64,000 nt of DNA from Hyphomicrobiales bacterium (lineage in GTDB: Bacteria; Pseudomonadota; Alphaproteobacteria; Rhizobiales; JAKPQE01), in the NCBI GenBank assembly GCA_041397845.1, contig JAWKVW010000006.1, positions 6,061 to 70,060 on the forward strand, in the 5' to 3' direction. Positions 13,262 to 22,360 of this stretch are shown piece by piece. Every line of letters starts with the position of its first letter. Position 1 is the stretch's first letter. The notes beneath the pieces are model-generated. The model searched no databases. It was not told where the DNA came from and saw nothing but the letters and a program-made list of their open reading frames with translations. The translations under genes were made by a program, and so were the position numbers.

Positions 13262-14635
13262 ATGGCACGTGATACATCCGACTCGACGCCGATCGAAAGC
13301 CTTGCCCAGCTCGTGGAGCGGCTCGAATCCGGCAGCAAGCCGAGCGAGCGCTGGCGCATCGGCACCGAGCACGAGAAGTTCGGCTTCTACGTCGCCGACT
13401 GCTCGCCGGTGCCCTATGAGGGGCCGCGCGGCATCCGCAAGCTGCTCGAGGCGATGAACGGCATGCTCGGCTGGGAGCCGATCCTCGATCGCGGCCTCAT
13501 CATCGGCATGGTCGACCCGGTCGGCGGCGGCGCAATCTCGCTGGAGCCCGGCGGCCAGTTCGAGCTTTCCGGCGCGCCGCTGGAGACCATCCACCAGACC
13601 TGCGTCGAGACCTATTCCCATCTTTCGCAGGTGCGCGAGGCGGCCGAGCCGCTCGGCATCGGCTTTCTCGGGCTCGGCATGTCGCCGAAATGGTCGCTGG
13701 CGGAAACGCCGCGCATGCCCAAGAGCCGCTATGACATCATGTCGAACTACATGCCGAAGGTCGGCAGCAAGGGCCTCGACATGATGTTCCGGACGGCCAC
13801 CATCCAGGTGAACCTCGATTTCTCGAGCGAAGCCGACATGGTGCGCAAGCTGCGCGTCGGCGTGGCGCTGCAGCCGATCGCGACCGCGATCTTTGCCAAT
13901 TCGCCGTTCATGGACGGCAAGCCGAACGGCTTCCAGAGCTATCGCGCCGAGATCTGGCGGGACACCGATCCGCACCGGACCGGCATGATGCCGTTCGCCT
14001 TCGAGGACGGTTTCGGCTTCGAGCGCTATGTCGACTGGGCGCTCGACGTGCCGATGTATTTCGTCAAGCGCGGCGACGTCTACCACGACGTCACCGGCAC
14101 GACCTTCCGCCAGTTCCTCGGCGGGGCGCTGAAGGACCGGCTGCCGGGCGTCGTTCCCGACCTTGGCGACTTCGACAACCACATCTCGACGCTGTTCCCG
14201 GAAGTGCGCCTCAAGCGCTACATCGAGATGCGCGGCGCCGACGGCGGGCCGTGGCGGCGGATCACGGCGCTGCCGGCCTTCTGGGTCGGCCTGCTCTATG
14301 ACCAGACCTCGCTCGATGCCGCCTATGACGTCATCAAGGACTGGTCCGAGGAGGAGCGGCAGGGACTTCGCGACGACATCGGCGAGAAGGGCTTTGCCGC
14401 GACGATCGCCGGGCGCAGCGCGCTCGAGGTGGCCCGCGAGGTCGTCGCGATCTCGGCCGATGGCCTGCATCGGCGCAACCGGCGCAATCGCAATGGCGAG
14501 GACGAGACGCATTTCCTCGCGCCGGTCGAGGAGACGGTGGCGAGCGGCGTGACGCCGGCGCAGCGGCTCCTGCGCCAGTTCGCGACCGAATGGGGCGGCG
14601 ACATCGACAAGGTGTTCACCGCCCATGCCTTCTGA
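13262..14635 (+). CDS. gshA: Glutamate--cysteine ligase, GCS2 (plant/alphaproteobacterial) type
   Basis: WRIGTEHEKFGF...ISLEPGGQFELSGAPLETIHQTC...MFRTATIQVNLDF...FANSPF...FPEVRLKRYIEMRGADGGPW. Intact; ATG at 13262. Confidence 0.9.
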   Translation: MARDTSDSTPIESLAQLVERLESGSKPSERWRIGTEHEKFGFYVADCSPVPYEGPRGIRKLLEAMNGMLGWEPILDRGLIIGMVDPVGGGAISLEPGGQFELSGAPLETIHQTCVETYSHLSQVREAAEPLGIGFLGLGMSPKWSLAETPRMPKSRYDIMSNYMPKVGSKGLDMMFRTATIQVNLDFSSEADMVRKLRVGVALQPIATAIFANSPFMDGKPNGFQSYRAEIWRDTDPHRTGMMPFAFEDGFGFERYVDWALDVPMYFVKRGDVYHDVTGTTFRQFLGGALKDRLPGVVPDLGDFDNHISTLFPEVRLKRYIEMRGADGGPWRRITALPAFWVGLLYDQTSLDAAYDVIKDWSEEERQGLRDDIGEKGFAATIAGRSALEVAREVVAISADGLHRRNRRNRNGEDETHFLAPVEETVASGVTPAQRLLRQFATEWGGDIDKVFTAHAF

Positions 14636-15635
14636 CGCGGCAAGTCCGGAACCGGCCAGTTCAAGTCAGGCAAGTTCTGGCCAAGCAAGTTCTGGCCAGG
14701 CAGATCCTTCCCCGACAGGCGGAACATCGGTGCGGCCGGTCGCGCCGACGCTTTCGGCGTTCGACCTCGCGCTCTACGGGGCGACGCTGTTTGCCTGGAG
14801 CACGAGCTGGATCGCCCTCAAGATGCAGCTCGGCACGGTGACGCCGGTCGTCTCGGTGTTCTGGCGCTTTGTCATCGCGGCCTCGATCGTCTTCATCTGG
14901 GCGCGCCTTGCCGGCTACCGGCTGCGCTTTCCGCTCGCCGATCACCTGCGCTTCATGGCGCTTGGCGTGCTCATCTTCTCGACTAATTTCGTGCTCTTCT
15001 ACTATGGCGGACAGCACCTCGCCTCGGGCCTCCTGTCGGTGGTCTTCTCCCTCGCCTCGGTCATCAACATGCTGCTGGCGGCGTTGTTCCTCGGCCAGGC
15101 GCTGGAAGCGCGGGTGGCGCTCGGCGCGGCGATCGGCATTTCCGGCATCGCGCTCGTCTTCTGGCCGGAGATCGCCGGCACCGAGTTCAATCACGAGGCG
15201 CTGATCGGCCTTGCCTTCTGCGTTTCCGGCACGCTGTCGTTCTCGTTCGGCAACATGGTCTCGGCGGCGGGGCAGAAGCGCGGCCTGCCGGTCGTCTCGA
15301 CCAATGCCTGGGGCATGGCCTATGGCGCCCTGGCGCTCGGGCTTTTCGCGCTCGTTCGCGGCGACAGCTTCGCCATCGAATTCACGCCAAGCTATATCGG
15401 CTCGCTGCTGTGGCTGGCGGTCATCGCCTCGGTCATCGCCTTTGCCGCCTATCTGACGCTGCTCGGGCGGATCGGCTCGGGCCGGGCCGGCTATCTCACG
15501 GTCATGTTCCCGGTCATCGCGCTCGCCATCTCGACCTTCGCGGAAGGCTATCGCTGGACATTGCCGGCGATCGTCGGTCTCATGCTGGTGCTGGCCGGCA
15601 ATGTCGTCATTCTCACCCGCCGGCGCGCGAGGTGA
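14625..15635 (+). CDS. EamA/DMT family transporter with a repetitive Ser/Gln-rich N-terminus
   Basis: 10-TM-like profile (LFAWSTSWIALKMQLG..., two EamA halves). Overlaps the gshA stop by 11 nt. The N-terminus reads ASSSQASSGQASSGQADPS. Confidence 0.8.
   Translation: MPSDAASPEPASSSQASSGQASSGQADPSPTGGTSVRPVAPTLSAFDLALYGATLFAWSTSWIALKMQLGTVTPVVSVFWRFVIAASIVFIWARLAGYRLRFPLADHLRFMALGVLIFSTNFVLFYYGGQHLASGLLSVVFSLASVINMLLAALFLGQALEARVALGAAIGISGIALVFWPEIAGTEFNHEALIGLAFCVSGTLSFSFGNMVSAAGQKRGLPVVSTNAWGMAYGALALGLFALVRGDSFAIEFTPSYIGSLLWLAVIASVIAFAAYLTLLGRIGSGRAGYLTVMFPVIALAISTFAEGYRWTLPAIVGLMLVLAGNVVILTRRRAR
14655..14707 (+). repeat. 15-bp in-frame tandem repeat GCAAGTTCTGGCCA(A/G), about 3.3 copies, inside the EamA 5' end
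   Basis: gccagttcaagtcag gcaagttctggccaa gcaagttctggccag gcagatcc; encodes the (Q)ASSG repeats. Confidence 0.85.
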
Positions 15636-15640
15636 TTGCC

Positions 15641-16081
15641 ATGACGCCGCGTGATCCCGACTGGCAGAAGCGGACGCGCACCGTCTTCGAGGCGGCGCCA
15701 TTCATCCGCGACGTCGGCTATCAGCTCCTCAACCTCGAACCGGGCGCTGCCGTCTCCTCGCTCGTCATTGCCGGGCGGCACCTGCAGCAGGACGGTGTCG
15801 TCCATGCCGGCGTGCAGGCGACAATGGCCGATCACACCGCCGGTACGGCCGCGGCAACCCTGCTCGGGGCGGACGAAATCGTCCTCACCATCGAGTTCAA
15901 GGTCAACCTGATGACGGCGGCGCGCGGCGAGCGTCTCGTCTGCCGGGCCAGGGTGCTGAAGCCCGGCCGGCGCATCGTTGTCGCCGAGGCCGAGGTGTTC
16001 GCGGTTGCCGGCGGCACGGAAGCGCTGGTCTCGAAGGCGACGGTCACCCTCGCCTTCGTCCCCGCCACGAAACTCGGCTGA
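15641..16081 (+). CDS. PaaI-family hotdog thioesterase
   Basis: FEAAPFIRDVGYQLLNLEPG...QQDGVVHAGVQATMADHTAG...EFKVNLM...ARVLKPGRRIVVAEAEV. ATG at 15641. Confidence 0.8.
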   Translation: MTPRDPDWQKRTRTVFEAAPFIRDVGYQLLNLEPGAAVSSLVIAGRHLQQDGVVHAGVQATMADHTAGTAAATLLGADEIVLTIEFKVNLMTAARGERLVCRARVLKPGRRIVVAEAEVFAVAGGTEALVSKATVTLAFVPATKLG

Positions 16082-16185
16082 GACGTTCGGCCGCTTTTTC
16101 GCCCACAAGGCGGTGGTAAAATGACGCCCATTGCCAATGATGCGGGCTCCGGCGGGTCGCCGCCCGCGGCAACGAGGCGACGGAC

Positions 16186-16740
16186 ATGGACCGCACACTG
16201 GCGCGCGTCGGCGCGTTTCTCACGCTCGGCCTTGCCGGCATCGGCGCCGCCGAGGCGGGCTGGTCGACCAGCCTCAACCAGGGCGAAAACCCGGCCTATC
16301 ATTATGCGATCGCCGACGGTGGCACGAGCAACGCCAATATCGGCGCACTGGCGCTCGAATGCCATGTCGAGGGTCCCGGCCCGGTCTGGCAGCTCCAGCT
16401 TTATCCGGCTGAAGACGGACCGATCGGCCCGGCCGGCGTTGCCGCCGAGGATATCGACGCGCGCGGCGCCACCATCGAGATCAATGGCACGCGGATCGAC
16501 GTCGACCCGCTCGGCGCAGGCGATTTCCTCGCGCTCAGCGACATTGCGACGGACGGTTTTGCCGGGGTCTCGGACCGGCTCATCGGGGCGATCGCGTCCG
16601 GCAGCGGCGAGCTTGAAATCCGCCTCGACATGGCGCCGGACAGGTCCGGTGCGGCCTATGCCGGCTTTGAAAGCGCGGCCAGCTTCACGCTCGATGGCGC
16701 CGGGCCGGCGATCGCGGCGGTGAAGGCGGCCTGCCGCTGA
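16186..16740 (+). CDS. Hypothetical secreted protein
   Basis: 184-aa ORF with the signal peptide MDRTLARVGAFLTLGLAGIGAAEA. No family recognised. Confidence 0.55.
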   Translation: MDRTLARVGAFLTLGLAGIGAAEAGWSTSLNQGENPAYHYAIADGGTSNANIGALALECHVEGPGPVWQLQLYPAEDGPIGPAGVAAEDIDARGATIEINGTRIDVDPLGAGDFLALSDIATDGFAGVSDRLIGAIASGSGELEIRLDMAPDRSGAAYAGFESAASFTLDGAGPAIAAVKAACR

Positions 16741-16763
16741 ACGGCGGGCAGCGCCGCAAACAG

Positions 16764-16798
16764 AAAACCCCGGCGCCCATGGACGCCGGGGTTGTTGT
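16764..16798. terminator. Bidirectional rho-independent terminator between convergent genes
   Basis: AAAA CCCCGGCG cccatgga CGCCGGGG TTGTTGTT. Confidence 0.7.
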
Positions 16799-16816
16799 TG
16801 CCGGTCGCGTCAGCGC

Positions 16817-17917
16817 TCAGCCGAGCGCCTTGGCGCGCATCTGCAGCGCGGCCAGCTCGGAGACCTTGGCGTAGGAATTCGCCTCGGCCCGGTAAGCGAC
16901 GAAGCTGTCATAGACCTCCTTGGCGAGCGGGCTCGCACCAGCGATCTCGGCGAGGACGGCGTCGGCCTCCCTGGCGAGGGCGGCGACGATGTCGTCGTTG
17001 AAGGTCTTCATCTCGACGCCATCCTTCTCCAGCAGCGGCTTCAGCGACTGGATGTTGTGGAAGGTGAAGTCGGCGATCGACTGGGCGGCCGAGGCCATGG
17101 CGGCGTTGCGGATGATCGCCTTCAGGTCGTCCGGCAGGCCATCAAAGGCGGCCTTGTTGACGGTGACCTCGAGGCCGGCGCCGATCTCGTGGAAGGCCGG
17201 CATGTAGTAGTACTTGGCGACCTTGTAGAGACCGAAAGCCAGATCATTCCACGGACCGACCCACTCGGCGGCGTCGATGGTGCCGGCCTGCATGGCGGCG
17301 AAGATCTCGCCCGGCGGCAGCAGCACGACGTTGACGCCGAGACGGCGCATGACCTCGCCGCCGAGGCCGGCGATGCGCATCTTCAGGCCCTTCATGTCGT
17401 CGACGGAGTTGATTTCCTTGCGGAACCAGCCGCCGGCCTGCGGACCGGACGAGCCGGCATAGAACGGCACGACGCCGAACGGCTCGTAGGCCTTCTCCCA
17501 GAGTTCCTGGCCGCCGCCGAAATAGAGCCAGCCGGCATGCTCGTCGGCGGTGAGGCCGAAGGGAACGCCGGTAAAGAAGTGGAACGCCTTGTCCTTGCCC
17601 TGCCAGTAATAGGGCGTCGCATGGCTCATCTCGGCGGTGCCGGAGGACACGGCATCAAACACCTCGAAGGGCGGCACGAGCTCGCCGGCGGCATAGAGCT
17701 GCACCGTCAGGCGGCCGCCGGACATTGCCGTGATCATGTCGGCGACGCGCTGGGCATTGACGCCGACGCCGGGGGCGCCCTTCGGCCAGGAGGTCGCCAT
17801 CTTCCAGGTCATCGGCGTATCGGCGCGCACGATCGCCGGAGTGGCAAGGGCGCCGGCAAGACCGGCACCGGCAACACCAAGCGCCTTGCGGCGGCTGACA
17901 AGGTTTTCTTTCGTCAT
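16817..17917 (-). CDS. TRAP transporter substrate-binding protein (DctP family) with a Tat-type signal; no adjacent DctQ/M
   Basis: MTKENLVSRRKALGVAGAGLAGALATPAIVRA followed by WKMATSWPKGAPGVG...AEMSHATPYYWQGK...WFRKEINSVDDMKGLKMRI. ATG at 17915-17917. Confidence 0.8.
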   Translation of the reverse strand: MTKENLVSRRKALGVAGAGLAGALATPAIVRADTPMTWKMATSWPKGAPGVGVNAQRVADMITAMSGGRLTVQLYAAGELVPPFEVFDAVSSGTAEMSHATPYYWQGKDKAFHFFTGVPFGLTADEHAGWLYFGGGQELWEKAYEPFGVVPFYAGSSGPQAGGWFRKEINSVDDMKGLKMRIAGLGGEVMRRLGVNVVLLPPGEIFAAMQAGTIDAAEWVGPWNDLAFGLYKVAKYYYMPAFHEIGAGLEVTVNKAAFDGLPDDLKAIIRNAAMASAAQSIADFTFHNIQSLKPLLEKDGVEMKTFNDDIVAALAREADAVLAEIAGASPLAKEVYDSFVAYRAEANSYAKVSELAALQMRAKALG

Positions 17918-18049
17918 CACAAAATGCTCCTCGAATGGAGAGACGGGGATGTCGGCTCGGGAGTTTAGTCGAAACGCGGAAGGACGGGAGGGGGAAATTG
18001 CTGCGCCGCCCGCATCGACCGGCACGGCGCTGTCGCACCCTGTCCCGGT

Positions 18050-18637
18050 TCAGCGTTTCAGCGCCGGGCAGGGATTTATATCGCGGGCGGCATCGGCGAT
18101 GGCGCGGGCCTTTTCGTTCTGGCCGGCGACATTCCCGACCTCGCCGATCTGGCAGGCGTGGTCGGCGCCGATCTTCAAAATGTCGAGGCGATTGAGGTTC
18201 TGCGGCTGGCCGTCATCGCCAAAGAGGGTGTAGGTCGTGCGGTAGATGGCGGCGAAGGGCTGCCACTTGCCGCCGACCTTCTCGACGCGCCATTCGAGCG
18301 TCGTCACGCCCTTGTCGTCGGCGAAGATATCGCCGAAATGGCCGGTGCGGCCCATGTCGTAGTTCGGATCACCGGCCTCGTAGCGCCCTTCGGAGGCGGC
18401 CGGCTCGACGAGGACGGCAACGCCGTGCTCATGCAGGATGAAGACGAGATCCGGCCCGTTCTTCATGTCGCAGCGGCGCCATTGCTCGCGGTCGGTCTCC
18501 TCGGCAACCGGACACTCCTCGACGGAGAAACGCTCGTAGACGCTCGAGATCTCGGCGGCGGCGGCAGGACCGGCGGCGAGCGCGGCAAGGCCGATGAGAG
18601 CGGGAGCGAAAGCCGGGACAACCGACGGGCGATGCAT
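18050..18637 (-). CDS. Hypothetical secreted protein (Cys-containing)
   Basis: 195-aa ORF with the signal peptide MHRPSVVPAFAPALIGLAALAAGPAAAA. No family recognised. Confidence 0.55.
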   Translation of the reverse strand: MHRPSVVPAFAPALIGLAALAAGPAAAAEISSVYERFSVEECPVAEETDREQWRRCDMKNGPDLVFILHEHGVAVLVEPAASEGRYEAGDPNYDMGRTGHFGDIFADDKGVTTLEWRVEKVGGKWQPFAAIYRTTYTLFGDDGQPQNLNRLDILKIGADHACQIGEVGNVAGQNEKARAIADAARDINPCPALKR

Positions 18638-18790
18638 GGGACCTCCTTTGGCGGACGACGCCGGGGCTCAGTCTAGACTGACCCTTGGGATGCGCGAGGG
18701 GAATTTCGCGGACGAATCCGGCAGCGCGGCGGCGCGCCAGCGGGAGTCCCGTCGCTGCCGTGGCTGTTCCATATCTGACTGAAGTTTAGA

Positions 18791-18881
18791 TGGATTCCCG
18801 CTTGCGCGGGAATGACGGAGGTCTGGAGGGCATTGCATGCCAAATCGAAGCTTCGGCAGCCCTCTCCCTGAGGGCGAGGGT
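18791..18881 (+). repeat. Composite REP-like element: hairpin ATTCCCGC-ttgc-GCGGGAAT plus hairpin CCCTCTCCC-tga-GGGCGAGGG
   Basis: tggattcccgcttgcgcgggaatgacgg (the widespread element that translates as VIPAQAGI on the reverse strand), then gccctctccctgagggcgagggt about 45 bp later. Upstream of mbfA. Confidence 0.7.
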
Positions 18882-18985
18882 CGGCGCCCTGCATTGGCAG
18901 CATCCGACCAATTCCGTTCCCTCCCTTGACATCCCTGCCCCGATCCTCAAGCCTTCGCCGGTTTGAACAAGGGGGCAGCGCAGCA

Positions 18986-19960
18986 ATGCTCGATTTCGGC
19001 ACCAAGCGTCGGTTTTCGGATCTCAGCGAACGGGAAGTGCTCGCGCTTGCCGTCTCGGCCGAGGAAGAAGACGGGCGCATCTATGCCCAGTTCGCCGACG
19101 CGGTCCGGACCGAATTTCCCGCGACCGCCAGCATGTTCGACGACATGGCGGCGGAGGAGAACGAGCACCGGCGCTGGCTCCTTGAGAAATTCACCGAGAA
19201 ATTCGGCACGCATCTGCCGCCGATGAAGCGCGAGGACGTCGCCGGCTTCATGCGGCGCAAGCCGTGGTGGGTGGTGCGGGCGCGCGGCGCCGAGGCGATG
19301 CGCCGGCATGCCGCCGACATGGAAGTCGAGGCGCAGCGCTTCTATCTGAAGGCGGCCGAGCGCAGCACCGACGTCGACATCCGCAAGCTGCTCGGCGACC
19401 TTGCCGAGGCCGAGCGCGACCACGAGCACAAGGCCGAGGCGCTCGAGGGCGAGCACCTGACGCCGAACGCGCGCAAGAGCGAGGACGACGCAGCGCACCG
19501 GCGCTTCCTGCTGCAGATCGTGCAGCCGGGCCTTGCCGGACTGATGGACGGGTCGGTGTCGACGCTGGCGCCGCTGTTCGCGGCGGCCTTTGCGACCCAC
19601 AACACCTGGGAGACCTTCCTCGTCGGCGTTGCCGCCTCGATCGGCGCGGGCATTTCCATGGGCTTTGCCGAGGCGCTGTCGGACGACGGCTCGCTGACCG
19701 GGCGCGGCTCGCCGTGGATTCGCGGCTTTGCCTCCGGCATCATGACGACTGTCGGCGGGCTCGGCCACGCCCTGCCCTATCTCATCCCCGATTTCATGAT
19801 GGCGACCTCGGTCGCCGTCGTCATCGTGCTGTTCGAGCTGTGGGCCATCGCCTTCATCCGCTGGAAATACATGGATACGCCGTTTCTCGCGGCGGCCTTC
19901 CAGATCGTCATCGGCGGCGCGCTGGTGTTCCTTGCCGGCATTCTCATCGGCAGCGCCTGA
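18986..19960 (+). CDS. mbfA: Membrane-bound ferritin-like/VIT1 fusion protein (erythrin-VIT1 iron exporter)
   Basis: The N-terminal ferritin-like domain has paired E...ExxH motifs (AEEEDGRIYAQFA...AAEENEHRRWL; MEVEAQRFY...AEAERDHEHKA). The C-terminal VIT1-like TM domain reads LAGLMDGSVSTLAPLFAAAFA...GFAEALSDDG. ATG at 18986. Confidence 0.8.
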   Translation: MLDFGTKRRFSDLSEREVLALAVSAEEEDGRIYAQFADAVRTEFPATASMFDDMAAEENEHRRWLLEKFTEKFGTHLPPMKREDVAGFMRRKPWWVVRARGAEAMRRHAADMEVEAQRFYLKAAERSTDVDIRKLLGDLAEAERDHEHKAEALEGEHLTPNARKSEDDAAHRRFLLQIVQPGLAGLMDGSVSTLAPLFAAAFATHNTWETFLVGVAASIGAGISMGFAEALSDDGSLTGRGSPWIRGFASGIMTTVGGLGHALPYLIPDFMMATSVAVVIVLFELWAIAFIRWKYMDTPFLAAAFQIVIGGALVFLAGILIGSA

Positions 19961-19992
19961 CCAGACAGCCGTCAGCACCGGTTTTGGCGTCG

Positions 19993-20020
19993 TGGATTCC
20001 CGCTGGCGCGGGAAGGACGG
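19993..20020 (+). repeat. Second copy of the ATTCCCGC/GCGGGAA REP-like hairpin
   Basis: tggattcccgctggcgcgggaaggacgg, in the same orientation as the copy at 18791, immediately downstream of mbfA. Confidence 0.7.
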
Positions 20021-20102
20021 CAGAGGCCGTGCTTGAGCGCGGCGCGGCGCGACGCTCGTCGTCGCTGGCCGGCTGCGGGCGTCTCTGCGGCACGCCCTCA
20101 CA

Positions 20103-21407
20103 TCAGCGGTAAAGGTCAGCGCGGGTCGGCGGCAGGTTCGTCGGACCCTTGGGGTTCTTCGAAACGAGTGTCTGGTAGAGCCGGGCCGAGCCGCGGGTGA
20201 AGGCGAGCGAAACGCCGCCGAGATAGGCGACCCAGATGCGATAGGCTTCCTCGCCGACCTCGGCGACGGCCTTGTCGCGATTGGCGGTCAGGCGGCGGCA
20301 CCAGAGCTCCGTCGTCCGCTCGTAGTGCTGGCGCCAGCCCTCGACGTCCATCACCTCGAAGCCGTGGCGTTCCATCGCCTGTATGGTATGGCCGAGATCG
20401 TCGAGCTCGCCGCCGGGGAAGATGTATTTCTGCAGCATGCGCTGCTCCGGCCGGCTGGAAAAGCGGGTCTGGTGCTTCTTGGCCTTGCGCGAGATGGCGT
20501 GGTTGAGAAACAGGCCCTTGTCGGCGAGCAGGCGACGGACCGTGCCGAAATAGACATCGGTGTTGGCGATGCCGATTGCCTCCATCATGCCGATCGAGGA
20601 GATCTTGTCGAAGGTCTCGTCGAGGTGGGTGTAGTCCTTCAGCTCGATGGTGACACGATCCTCAAGGCCAAGGCGCTTCACCCTTGCCCGGGCGTATTCG
20701 TACTGCTCGGTGGACAGGGTGACGCCCCTGGCATTGACGCCAAAGTGCTCGGCGGCATGGCAGACGAGCGCGCCCCAGCCGCAGCCGATATCGAGGAAGC
20801 GGTCGCCTTCCTTGAGGCGCAGCTTGCGGCAGATCATCTCGAGCTTGTCGCGCTGGGCCTCGTCGATGGAGTTTTCCCAGTCGGTGAAATAGGCGCAGGT
20901 GTAGACCATGCGCTCGTCGAGGAAGAGCTCGTAGAAGGCATTCGACAGGTCGTAGTGAAACTCGATGAAGCGGCGGTCATCGTCTTTCGAGCGCCGCTTC
21001 GGCGTGCCGGTCTCGTCGCCGGCATAGGCGCGGCTCTCGCCGGCCGGAAGCGGCGGGGCAAAGAAGAAGGCACGGGCGAAGTCGAACAGCAGCTTCTTCG
21101 GCAGGCGCTTCAGGGCGGCGCGGCTGCGCATGAAAACCAGCGGACGGCCGAAATCGATGAGCGTGCCGCCCTCGAAATCGATCATGCCGCTGGCATAGTG
21201 ACGAAGGATGCGCTCAAGGCCGGGCCGGCGCAGGATGGATGTGACAACGCCCGGATGGCGGATCGCCACGACCAGCCCTTCGGTGACGTTCCGGCCCAGC
21301 GGCTCGAGCGAGCCGTCCCAGAGGCGCAGGGAAAACGGCAGGTCGATCGCCTCGCGCAGCGCCGCGATTACCCGGCGCGCCGTCGCCAGTTGTCTGTCGT
21401 CGGCCAT
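20103..21407 (-). CDS. Cyclopropane-fatty-acyl-phospholipid synthase family SAM methyltransferase
   Basis: FHYDLSNAFYELFLDERMVYTCAYF...QRDKLEMICRKLRLKEGDRFLDIGCGWGAL...GVTLSTEQ...SIGMMEAIG...FPGGEL. Intact 434 aa. Confidence 0.85.
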   Translation of the reverse strand: MADDRQLATARRVIAALREAIDLPFSLRLWDGSLEPLGRNVTEGLVVAIRHPGVVTSILRRPGLERILRHYASGMIDFEGGTLIDFGRPLVFMRSRAALKRLPKKLLFDFARAFFFAPPLPAGESRAYAGDETGTPKRRSKDDDRRFIEFHYDLSNAFYELFLDERMVYTCAYFTDWENSIDEAQRDKLEMICRKLRLKEGDRFLDIGCGWGALVCHAAEHFGVNARGVTLSTEQYEYARARVKRLGLEDRVTIELKDYTHLDETFDKISSIGMMEAIGIANTDVYFGTVRRLLADKGLFLNHAISRKAKKHQTRFSSRPEQRMLQKYIFPGGELDDLGHTIQAMERHGFEVMDVEGWRQHYERTTELWCRRLTANRDKAVAEVGEEAYRIWVAYLGGVSLAFTRGSARLYQTLVSKNPKGPTNLPPTRADLYR

Positions 21408-21558
21408 CTCGTTCCCCTTCGCGCTTGCCCGTCCAGATCGGGCGGGAGTTTACACGACGGAGAAGACTTTCCAGCAGAAAGGGGCGCCATTCACTGCCGA
21501 AAAGATTGCCCCGGCGACCCGACACTTGCCGGGCCGCCGACAGCGCGGCCGACCTGGG

Positions 21559-22056
21559 CTAGTTGGCGCTGGTCAGCACCATGATGAGGCGCATCGGCTC
21601 GGTGCCGGCGCGGCCGGCGATCGCGGCCGGGGTCTCGTCGGCCGAGGTCACCTCGAAGCCGGCGTTCTTCAGGCTGGCGAGAACCTCGTCGGGCGTCTTG
21701 TCGAAGATCGGCGCAAGCTCGCTGATCGAGGCCTTTTCCATCGCACCGAAGATCTTGCCGACCGGGCTGCCGCCGCCGCCGACAGTCGCCCAGCCGAAGG
21801 CAACGGCGACGACCAGCGAGGCAACGAGCGGCATGTAGATCACCTTGTTGCGGAAATAGCCGAGGAAAGGCCGCCAGTTCTTGTAGACGTGGAAGGCGAC
21901 CGGCAGCAGCAGGACCATGCTCAGCCACTCGTGCATCTCCTTGAAGATGTCCTGCGCGGTGTGGAAAAACAGGAACACGCCGGAGACCGCCGAGACGGCG
22001 AACAGCGTGGTGGTGAAGGTCGTTGCGTATTTGGCAATCAGGCTCTTGAACATCAT
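21559..22056 (-). CDS. DUF4405-like small membrane protein
   Basis: MMFKSLIAKYATTFTTTLFAVSAVSGVFLFFHTAQDIFKEMHEWLSMVLLLPVAFHVYKNWRPFLGYF has 3-4 TM segments. Start chosen at the internal MM (22056). Confidence 0.6.
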   Translation of the reverse strand: MMFKSLIAKYATTFTTTLFAVSAVSGVFLFFHTAQDIFKEMHEWLSMVLLLPVAFHVYKNWRPFLGYFRNKVIYMPLVASLVVAVAFGWATVGGGGSPVGKIFGAMEKASISELAPIFDKTPDEVLASLKNAGFEVTSADETPAAIAGRAGTEPMRLIMVLTSAN

Positions 22057-22360
22057 GGCACCCTGGGAGTGTGGCTGGCCGGAGGCAGGCCCCCGGATCG
22101 GACCCGGGCCTCGCATCGGCCCGGTGGATTTGCACCACCAACAGGCGCCCGAGTGCGCCAAAAGCCAACTTACAAATTGTTCATGGTTGCCGTCCGGCTC
22201 CCCGAGATACACGGCAACTATTTGATTAGCCTATTCTTTGTCGCCTTCCATGCGGCCTTTCGGCAAAAAGGCCAAGGTGCGGCGGTTTCGGTCCGCAGCG
22301 CTGGCGGAGCCGGCAACCGGGCCCCATATCAGGAAGATGCCGCTTCTATCCGCTTCCGTC

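Noticed and set aside
13081-13272. ORF encoding MTGGVTGRVTCRVTGRVTG..., and a possible CRISPR-like array
   Set aside because: The peptide is just the translation of the 12-bp tandem repeat. The repeats are contiguous with no spacers and far too short for CRISPR.
18781-18800. Irr/ICE-like iron-control element (TTTAGAA-N3-TTCTAAA) upstream of mbfA
   Set aside because: GTTTAGATGGATTCCCG matches only the first half-site. The second half belongs to the REP hairpin, so support is insufficient.
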